Assembly: GCF_006345805.1 (NCBI RefSeq)
Contig: NC_043008.1
Location: 7,626,001-7,690,000 of the forward strand
Length of the DNA stretch: 64,000 nt
Direction: 5' to 3'
Source of the DNA: Octopus sinensis
Taxonomy: Eukaryota
The translations under genes and the position numbers were made by a program. Every line of letters starts with the position of its first letter. Positions within the stretch are counted from its first letter, which is position 1. Below are positions 54,288 through 64,000 of this stretch, piece after piece. The notes beneath the pieces are model-generated. The model had not been told where the DNA came from. It made no database searches and saw nothing but the letters and a program-made list of their open reading frames with translations.

Positions 54288-54496
54288 TATATAATAAGTA
54301 TAGGAAACTAAAAACTTGTTGTGAATTTTGTTGGCGAAAGAAGTTCCTGGATTTTTCTGAAGAAAAAGCTGCATAATGGACTCCTTATTCATTCGGAATT
54401 AGGAATTTTGCAGACTTCGAAACATATGTCGAAAATAAAATAAAGGAATTTTGTTAAATCTTCGCTCAGCTCCATTCTTTCCTATACTTATTATAT
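54288..54496 (+). mobile_element. ~210-bp element bounded by a perfect 19-bp inverted repeat and carrying a hammerhead
   Basis: atataataagtataggaaa / tttcctatacttattatat; abuts (TA)n. Confidence 0.7.
54351..54436 (+). ncRNA. Type-I hammerhead ribozyme motif, canonical core, long stem II
   Basis: AUUUUU CUGAAGA aaaag CUGCA...UGCAG acuuc GAA ACAUAUGU C GAAAAU: 6-bp stem I, palindromic stem III, GUC site; base of stem II is imperfect. Confidence 0.75.
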
Positions 54497-54670
54497 TAAA
54501 GTAAACTTCAAATTTCCGCACTAAGGCACGGAGTATATGCCGTATGGTCGTAACTTCAACCGTGTTCTTTCTGTTGTGAGTTTGCTACCCAGGTATCGGT
54601 TATCTTTCGAATTATCCGAAATAAGATAATTCATTTATCTACTTAAATATACATTATATTATATATATAT

Positions 54671-54773
<103 letters not shown>

Positions 54774-54786
54774 GATACATATATAT

Positions 54787-55180
54787 GCGTAGGAGTGGCT
54801 GTGTGGTAAGTAGCTTGCTTACCAACCACATGGTTCCGGGTTCAGTCCCACTGCGTGATACATTGGGCAAGTGTCTTCTACTATAGCCTAGGGCCGACCA
54901 AAGCCTTGTGAGTGGATTTGGTAGACGGAAACTGAAAGAAGCCCGTCGTATATATGTATATATATGTATGTGTTTATGTGTCTATGTTTGTCCCCCCAAC
55001 GTCACTTGACAACCGATGCTGGTGTGTTTATGTCCCCGTAACTTAGCGGTTCGGCAAAAGAGACCGATAGAATAAGTACTAGGCTTACAAAGAATAAGTC
55101 CTGGGGTCGATTTGCTCGAATAAAAGGTTGTGCTCCAGCATCTCCACAGTCAAATGACCTAAACAAGTAAAAGTGTAAAG
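54787..55180 (+). mobile_element. Long tRNA-derived SINE family C
   Basis: Aligns end-to-end with 44430-44843. Confidence 0.9.
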
Positions 55181-55206
55181 TATAATATATATATATATAT
55201 TCTTTT

Positions 55207-55414
55207 CTACTGTAGGCACAAAGCCCCAAAATTTTGGGGAGAGGCTAGTCGATTAGATCGACTCCAGCACGCAACTGCTATGTAATTTATCATTCCGTGA
55301 AGGGATGAAAGGTAAAGTAGACCGCGGCGGAACTAGAACTCAGAACGTAAAGACATACGATATACCGCTAAGTATTTCGCCTAGGGTGCCAACGTTCCTG
55401 CCAGCTCACAGACT
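55207..55414 (-). mobile_element. SINE family M, diverged
   Basis: Reverse complement has gagctggcaggaacgttggc head, gagttctagttcc B box and tttacctttcatccc core. Confidence 0.7.
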
Positions 55415-56103
55415 TAATCTCTGCTATATATATAAATATATATATATATATACATACATACACACATACACACACATAAATGAATCATTATGACAATTCA
55501 TCTTTTTCTCTCCTGCATCATCAGAGTGCGGATAAACAGACTGTATCATATGTGCAGTCAAACGGATGGTATATTGCTCTTGGGGTTCATATATTATTGC
55601 ACAATAATATATGATGAGGATCGTTGGCGGACAATCACCGACGTGGCTCGTGTTGTTGAGGACTATTATATTTGATGTCAAGTGCATTACAAATCTAATC
55701 TTTCACAATCGTGGACTTAGTAGAATATTTATTTAACTGATGTAAAGCAGAAACCTGCATTTCCTATTATGTTGGCATTTAATATTACGAGAGGGTTCCA
55801 TTTTCCCCAACGAGTATTTATTTGAAATTATGATGGCTAAATTTACTAAATAAAATCGTAGTCTTGTTTAAATATAGTGATTTACAGTCTACGGTGCATT
55901 ATTTAAGTTAAATTTTAACCATCCCTTCACATGATTACGTTTTAGCTTTCGGTTATGTTCTAAGTGACTTTATTGAATACAATAGTTGCAATGGAGGAAG
56001 CCAAACTAAGCATTTTGATTGTGTAATCAAATATCTTTGTTGGTCAATAAATGTTTCAAGATTCAATTGTGACACCTAGAAGACTCATGCAATCAAGCAA
56101 ATA

Positions 56104-56152
<49 letters not shown>

Positions 56153-56287
56153 GCGTGTGTGTGTGACTTTTGTATATGTCGGTGCGCTTGCGACTATACA
56201 TACATACATACAAATATATATATATATAATATATATATATATGTAAGTATATACCTGTATATTTATACATATATATATATATATGTA

Positions 56288-56349
<62 letters not shown>

Positions 56350-57393
56350 TATATATATATTTATATATATATACATATATACGTATATATATATATATGT
56401 ATATATATACAGGTATATACATACTCAGCAATATAAATATCTGGAAACAGATATGGCTTCATTTCTATACGGATTAAGCAATATAGTGAATTGTCGCTAA
56501 TGATAATGGCAGTACCAATAAAAATATAATAAAATCTGTAATTCCTCGCGAATTAACGATCATATGTACAAATAGTGCACAACTGAAGTAAAACACGTCG
56601 ATCTTTAAGTGCTTTTTCTGATTTAGCCCTGAAGAAGGGACCCTAATATAAATACTTAAGAGAGATTTCGGTGACATACTGAGACGATTCTCTTTGGTCA
56701 TAAACTGCATTTCCCTGCTGATAGAGCTTCGTTATGGTTCATCACTTGATACTGAATTATGTCTATACGAGTAGGGATAATCAGAGTATAATCAGAGGAT
56801 ATACTTATAAATATAATGTGTATATAAATACGTTTGAATAAATAGACAAGTTTAATAAATAGACAAGTTTGCGTGTATACATGAATGTGTGAGCGCGTTT
56901 ATATTTATATTCATATATACGCCTACACACGTACACAGACACATTCACATAAGCACACACTCACACATACATATGCATAATTGCCCGAATTATGTAGTGA
57001 AAACACACTTTAGTTATCGACAGAAAATTCACGGAGTGGACACAATACACTTGTAGGCCGGAGTGTCAGGAGGGTCTAAATAGGTTTTCCAGCCACTCTG
57101 TTGGCTGTCCTTCTTTTCTGCATCCCCGAATGAGATTATTTGTGTTTAGCAGCGAGACCGTGGAAGCAATACTCCACCGTACCCCTCATTTCAGCCTTGT
57201 ATATAGAATAGGTCATGCTGCCTTATGGGTGGGAATAACGTGCTTTCTGCGATACTTAACCAGTGATATGTTTAGCAATTGGAATAAACGTGATTACTTT
57301 ATATGCGTGCCTCTTATGTTTATGGTTTGTATGCACGATTGTCATTTCGTAATAAGGGTAGTGGTAAAAATCCTTTGATGTTTATCTATGTGT

Positions 57394-57625
57394 GGAGGAA
57401 CGTGGATTAGTGGTTAGAATGCCGAGCTCATGATCGTAAGATTTCCGTCCCTTGACCGGGCGACAGGTTGTGTCCTCCAGAAAAAAAAAAACGCTTCATG
57501 TTACGTTGCTCCAGTCGGCTCAGCTGAAAATGAGTAATCCGGCGACAGGCCGGTGTCCCGTCCAGTTGGAGAATATTCTCACCATGGAAACAGCAAACTG
57601 GCCTTATGAGTCCGTGACTAGGAAA
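57394..57625 (+). mobile_element. tRNA-derived SINE, head A + tail 3
   Basis: Head A up to gctgaaaatgagta, then an unrelated tail (tgtcccgtccag...catggaaac...ccttatgagtcc). Confidence 0.6.
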
Positions 57626-57721
57626 ATATTTTTATCGTTATTTGTTTTCACATACTCATATATACTCATATGCAGATACTCACATACACTCAATTGTGTT
57701 TATGAATTAAAATCTGCCATT

Positions 57722-58010
57722 CAGTTGGTTACAGTTGATCCGATCAAGGGATCAGGCTGCTGATGAAATTAACGCAGAAGTGACTAAGCACTCCACACAA
57801 ACGGGTACCTTTAATGTGGTTTTAAGGGAGATTCAGTGTGACCGACAAAGCCGGGCCTTAGAAATACAGGTACAACTCATTTTTGCCTGCTACCTTGACT
57901 GAAGGAACATGAAATAGATTATTTTTCTCTAGGACACCACACAGCACTGGCTATCGAACGTATGACCTTTCGATCATGAGTCAAATACTACTAAGTCACG
58001 TGCCTTCACA
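57722..58010 (-). mobile_element. tRNA-derived SINE, head A + tail 1 (old copy)
   Basis: Reverse complement aligns with 4575-4891. Confidence 0.7.
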
Positions 58011-59849
58011 CTGTGCTTTATGTAAGCAGGAAAACAGACGTTGTCTACCAACATGTTAAAAGGCATAACCCAAAAGGTACCAGAATGCCAATAAACGACA
58101 AACATGCAGCGTGAATAAATGGTATAATATATAAAAATGCATCATAAATGTCGAAACGAAGAACTGCCCATCAACAATTAATACCAGAACTAGGATTTCA
58201 ATGAAGGATAACTTAGAACCATAGAAACACAAAGAATTATTTTCAGGCAAAAACACAACACGACTAAAGAACGGCAAGCGTATACAAACGTCTTCTGCTG
58301 TCTGTAGAATACCGTGTAGGTTTCGATACCTTGGCAGCATCTTTCAAACCGACATTGCTGACAACTTCAAAAGTATAAACACTGGCTAGGAATTAATAGA
58401 TAAGTTAATGTATGTGTATAAGATGCCAAACATTAGCCCAATGTATTTATTACGGTTTCATTTGCTTATTGTTCCAAAACATCAATACAAACGTCACATC
58501 TCAAACATAATACGTCACATAACTATAGTTACGAAGTACACAACAAAAGAAAAAAATACAGAAAACTCCTCCAAGCTGACATTGATACAACAAGTATTAC
58601 GGAACTTTAAAACCATAAAACGTTTTTCAACGACATATTTAACATAATTTATTGGACTTAGTTGAATACACCTGCTGCGAAAGAGAAAATATTAATACCC
58701 TAAAAATAATCATCCTAGAACTGTAAACGTTAAAAGTAATTAAACCGACAGACGTCACTACCTAACAACTAATAAATCATTCTTAAAGCTAAACAAAATA
58801 AAACATATTTACAATGAGCGAAGCGTAAGCTAACGGAATTAGACTCCATTTTGACTATGTGGCTTCAATCGACTTAAAACAACACAGCGTGGTAATGAAC
58901 CAATACAAAGCCATATCTATTAAATATATACCTTTTGTTATTGAAAACAACTTTTAAAAAAATAATTCCATCTAAAAACAAACATATAAATAATATAAAA
59001 TTGGCCAGATGACATAAATCGTAAAGAAAATACTCGCTAATATCATTAAAATTTGAAGACATAAAACAAATTAAATGTAATCTAATGAAACGACGCAACA
59101 ATATAAGCAAACGTTATCAAACTTGAATACAATCTGGGATGAAACCAATGTACACCTGTATATATCAAATTACAGAAAAAAAAAATATATAAACTAACGT
59201 TTCCGCCTAAAGTTTTCACATATATATAGATGACGGAACAAATGTGTGGAAAAGGCTGTCTACATATTGGGTACGCGTTATGCGTATGATTTAAATACAG
59301 CTTCAATCGGTTTCATATAACTTAGTTTCTTAGGCTTTTAAAATGATGCGAGCTCGTCAGGCATTTGAATATGAACCAACAGGAAGTAAAACAAATTCTA
59401 GAAAACCGCCTCCAGATAATCGGCGACTATTGGTCCAAGCAGATCACACTCGGTAGCGACATCAAGTCTTATGTTTGTTCTCAGGTCCAAATGATGAAAC
59501 GGCACATTAGTAGGCAGCTGTCGTTGCTATCTTCGGAGGATATGGTACTGTTGTTGTTTATTTAGCGGCATCACTTCACTGAGTTTGCTGCTACACATAC
59601 ATGTCAGAGGGCGGGGGATGTCGCCTGTGACCACTAAAGATAGACAGAATTCTTTGAAGATCTTTATCACATACTTCTTGAAATTGTCCATAGCGTGGAC
59701 TTCCCTAGGATTGAGATTGCAAGGCTGTTGTGAAGCTACGGGTAGAGTTTTATGGGGCTGCCTTTCCTTACATTGTCCGGGATAAATGTCCCGACAAAAC
59801 AAATATGTTATACAGAAATTGTATGTCATATAAAAACAAACTAATAAAC

Positions 59850-61620
59850 ATGTGTTGCATTGAGAACTAAGAAAGCAATGCTTGTCTCTTCCCTTAAATT
59901 GCTGCTTACAATCAGAAGACCGTTTGTAATCAAGGAGCAGAAATCCAGAATTACTCTCGTGTGGAAGTGATGACGTTTACAAGAATTTACAACATACCCA
60001 CACACTGTATTACAAAGATATTAAATTTAAGGTTGATTTAAAATAATCATTTTGTAGATCGATACTAATTTAAAAACATGACATTGCTCCAAATGTGTTC
60101 CAACTTTCACTGTCTCCCCAAGCTACAGTTAAAACACTTTAACTAACATTTTTCCTAATGCAACTCTGTTTTTTCATATGCGTCGTTAACATTTTTTCTT
60201 TACAATATTACACCCATCTTATTTATAGTCCCACCGTATAAAATAACTTGAGTGTTAAACATATTATGCCCAACTCTTAACGGAATATCATTAAGTGACC
60301 AGGACAACGATGCAATACAAATATAATGTTCTCAGATTTATTGCAAATGCCTGTCGCAACCTTTTAACAGCACAGGCTTGCATAACATCTGAATAGTTAA
60401 CCTAATTTACCGTCTCTTCCTTGCCACTTGCTTCGAGATCCTACGGATATATTTTCCTAAACATGTATTCTAAATAAAGTTGTCATTGATATTTCTGCAG
60501 CCACCACCATGTTGTGTGACTAAAATAATGTTTTTCCTTTGGTATAAATCATTAAGACAATTGTATTGATATGGCGATAAATATATATCTGCTAATGAAA
60601 GGATACATTTAACACCTACCGGAAAATGGTTAATTTATTTAAATATCCTCTCCGCTTAAGCGATATATGTTTTCTTAGGGATAAATCTTATCATCTCTAA
60701 TCTACTTTTATTTAAACAAATAAAACCTACACTAGAATAACAGAAAACCTAGATTAGGATAAAAAAAAACACAACCTTCGGCCTTATTTATGGAGATACA
60801 TTACATATATTGAACACGATATCAATAAGTGTCTTCTACACTTTGCTAATAAAGATTAGTGTGCAGTGTAGAGGAACCATACCTCAGTATAAAAACAATT
60901 ACTTTAATCCTTTGGAGCGTCCATAAACCTTCATTACCAGAATGAATTGATATTCCTGAATAAGATAACAGCCGAATCATATACGAAGTCCTTTGCGTTA
61001 TATAATAAAATCTCATCTAAGAACATTTAACGCATCATAAATTAATATAGATAGTTGTTTACTTGTACACTTTCTTGCATCCACAATAAATCTGCATTTA
61101 TACGGAATATCAGGCAATTTTGGAAAATCCCTCCCTCGAAAAAAAAATCAGTATAAATTTGTCATCTTCTACGCTGAATCCAGTCACATTTAACGCACAA
61201 TAAATTAATATAGACAGTTGTTTACGCGCACACTTTGTTGCATCTGCAATAAATCTGCTTTTATACGGAATCTCATGCAATTTTAGAAAACCCCTCACTC
61301 GAAAACCAAAATCGGTATAAATTTGTCATCTTCTACGCTGCAGCCACTCATCTTTTCCACCTCTGGTATTAATTTCCTCAATAAAACATATATACTGTCA
61401 GATACTACTTTCTAAATACTATTAACTTTAAAGGTATAGTAGTCTCCTAATCCTAATTCATTAGCTAATAACATTATTTAATGTTTTTTTACGAATATTT
61501 ACGCATTTTCTTGAAATCTTACCTGTCGGTATTATGAAGTGGTTATTGTAAATGGCATTAATATACACTTTAACTTCCTGCTAGCTACGGGCAGAGTTTT
61601 ATGAGGCTGCCCTCTCCTAT
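59850..61620 (-). pseudogene. Heavily decayed Penelope-like RT (Naiad-like motifs)
   Basis: In order on the minus strand: EVKVYINAIYNNHFIIPTGK, LKLHEIPYKSRFIA...KQLS, SGINSFW, STLHTNL, FPVGVKC...LADIYL. These correspond to the VPxDK, PKxHK..RFI, DFSTLYT and GIPMGTNCAPLLAD blocks. Confidence 0.55.
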
Positions 61621-62028
61621 ACTCTCCTAAACCCCTAATTATCACTGTCATTCGCTTCAGCGACAAACTGGTACTGTTTTTCTCCAGTTCTGAAAAGTCT
61701 TCTTTTGTACATTCTATTTTAGATTTAACTACGAGATCGCTAACTGATTTCCAGATTACCTCCTCTAATTTGCACCTAGTTAATCAATCCGTATCGCTGT
61801 GTGTATTAACTTTCCACATAAGCCAATTGAAATCTGCATTCAATATAATATTTACATCACCTGTATAACCATATTCCGCCACAAGTGTACACCGTGTAGA
61901 TACTCATTTTGAGATGCCCACACACTCATTGATATGTGTGAGTGTATAGATTCACCCACACACAAACTCACAGACATAAAGACACACGCATATATAAATA
62001 TATGCATATATATACATACATATATATA

Positions 62029-62104
<76 letters not shown>

Positions 62105-62109
62105 ATCAA

Positions 62110-62790
62110 AATAAAATAAAAACATGATGCGAAGGATTCAGCGGTACATATGTTTCGGGCCTTTATTAGACATATTTATAACAATGCATAATGTATGTCT
62201 GTGGCCTTCTTCAGCCGCGCACAACAGCTTCCACAAGGACATGTGTTACATCAAAAATTCTTGGTTGGGGATGCAAATCCTCTCATTCACGTACGACATA
62301 ATGCGGCAGCAGCATAGAGTTGAAGCGTCCATCTCTTTCTTCTCTCAATGTAGAATGAGGAAAATTGGATGTTGAGGTAATGTAAATAAATAAATACATA
62401 TATAGAGGTGAAGATGGAGGGGCGAGAGTTCGGGACGAGGGATAAAAAATGTATAAAAAGTGTAAGTATAGAATAATATAAAAATGTAGAGGATAAAGGG
62501 TTGTAAGTAGATGTAAAGGGGGTATAAAGAAATATAAAGTAAAAATAGAAATAGAAATTAAAGTAAAAAAAACCTGATAAAAACATGATAAAAGTGTAAA
62601 AGAATGTAAAGATAAGGGATGTATAGAGGTTATGGACCAAGCATGGTGGTCAAGAGATTGATAAAATTTAGTTGTAGAATTGTTAGTACATCAACAGTTT
62701 CGTCTGGGGACTTAATGCGTTGTAAATCAGAGCTGATGAGCATTTAATCTGGTTCCTTGAATTAAATGGACTTCTAGTACATACATATAA
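62110..62790 (-). mobile_element. Inverted PLE 3' end / pseudo-LTR with pyrimidine-rich tract and hammerhead
   Basis: Minus strand shows possible endonuclease C-terminal residues (VLEVHLI...LN), a long pyrimidine-rich 3' UTR, then a hammerhead and a tail ending at (TA)n; head-to-head with the RT ORF. Confidence 0.6.
62141..62218 (-). ncRNA. Type-I hammerhead ribozyme motif, canonical core, long stem II
   Basis: GCGG CUGAAGA A GGCC ac-AGACAU...AUGUCU-aauaaa GGCC C GAA ACAUAUGU A CCGC: palindromic stem III, GUA site. Confidence 0.8.
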
Positions 62791-62832
62791 TCATGGATAT
62801 ATACACCCACATACACGCGTACATATACGCGC

Positions 62833-64000
62833 GTACAAGACTTAATCGACCTCATTAACAACATCAACATTAGTAAACATAAGACCATTTCCAACACCCA
62901 CTTAAGGAGCCTTAGAGATTTCCTGCTTTCACTTAGGAACGATGATAGTCTTATCATACCCGCCGACAAGACTGGGAACTGGTATAGGCTAGACTACCAA
63001 ACCTACAAATCGCTCATCATGAGGGAACTTAGCAAAAAGTATAAAACTACTTCTACGGATAACCTTAAGGAAATTAACTACAAAATCAAGGAAGTTATGA
63101 GCAAATTAGACCTCCTGGACAGAACAGAACCTATTAAACCACAAGTACCCAAAATTACTATTAAAGACCATAAGAAAGACTTCCCAGATAGTGTAGGAGT
63201 ACGATTAATCTGTCCGACTAAATCGGATATCGGCAGACTTAGCAAGACCATCCTGGACAGGGTGATCCCACACATCAAACCCCACATCCCACTCCAACTA
63301 TGGATTAACACCAACCATGTGCTAGAATGGTTTAACACTATCACCAATAGGCCCGACTACTCATTCATCCAATTTGACATAGCTAGCTACTACGCCAGTA
63401 TATCCCCCATCTTACTTAACAAATCCCTTATTTTTGCCCGCAACCTTTCACTCATAGACAGAGAAAAAATTGACATAATTCTATTAGCTAGAAAAACCAT
63501 AATAGAATTCGACGGTAGACTCTGGACCAGATCCGATACCCCCGACAATTTCGATGTGGCTATGGGCTCGAGCGATTCAGCTCAGGTGACTGACTTGGTC
63601 GGGGCCTACCTGCTCAAGAAGCTTTTCTCCGAGGTACCGGATCTTCAGGGGGGTCTATACAGAGACGACGCTCTCTTCATATACCCCACCAACAATAGGA
63701 GTAAACTAGAAAGAATTAGGAAAAAGATCAGGCTTTTTTTCAAATCCTTCAATCTTAAACTAGAATTTATGACCAATACTAAAATAGTAAACTTCTTAGA
63801 TGTTACGTTAGATTTGAATAAGCACCTTCACTACCCGTATAGGAAACCAGAAGAAACTACCAAATACATCCATACCTCTTCCAACCATCCACCCTGTATA
63901 ATTAGCACCACGGTCCAAGCCATCTCAGACAGACTGACAAAACTATCCTCTAATAGAGAAATTTTCAATAATCATGCACAACACTACAACCAGGCTCTCT
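62833..64000 (+). CDS. Penelope-like element reverse transcriptase (uninterrupted frame, runs off window; 5'-truncated)
   Basis: Frame +1 is open from 62791 to the window end: IIPADKTGN, TIKDHK...RLICPTKSDIGRLSK, FIQFDIASYYASI, FDVAMGSSDSAQVTDLVG, GLYRDDAL, VNFLDVTLDL, YRKP...YIHTSSNHPP. Missed by the ORF track because there is no stop codon in the window. Confidence 0.93.

Noticed and set aside
56625-56690. CTGAAGA followed by a GC-rich arm
   Set aside because: No downstream GAAA box or stem III in register.
58305-58355. Minus-strand GATGC/GTATC stem + GAAA + CC/GG stem III
   Set aside because: The first core box cannot be put in register and stem I is absent.
59365-59829. Short ORFs on both strands as host genes
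   Set aside because: They overlap a segment duplicated in the decayed PLE region and have no convincing splice or start context.
62160-62205. SECIS element in the long stem II of the hammerhead (some PLEs encode selenoproteins)
   Set aside because: No RUGA/GA quartet or apical AA arrangement is visible.

Overview
AT-rich, non-prokaryotic animal genomic DNA with dense (TA)n, (TACA)n, (TAGA)n and (TAA)n microsatellites. The SINE families and composition suggest an octopus/coleoid cephalopod genome (inference). The window is mostly intronic or intergenic. It contains about 18 tRNA-derived SINE copies with interchangeable heads and tails, one SINE-derived ~184-bp tandem array with a dimeric higher-order pattern, and four R4/Dong-type LINE fragments. 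It also has a maT (DD37D-like) transposon interrupted by a non-autonomous Helitron, a fold-back mariner, and three different Penelope-like elements (PLEs). One PLE has an uninterrupted reverse-transcriptase frame that runs off the right edge and is absent from the ORF track. The most striking pattern is about ten minimal type-I hammerhead-ribozyme motifs, most with a self-complementary stem III, in short PLE-terminus-like elements. Their catalytic cores vary. One carries a C3G/G8C swap (GUGAACA) that preserves the 3-8 tertiary pair, others carry U4C or A6U, and two sit inside ~200-bp units bounded by inverted repeats. One plausible plus-strand host coding exon (53467-53636) was found, but the gene was not recognised. 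Nearly all ORF-track entries are microsatellite artefacts. All alignments and folds were done by eye.
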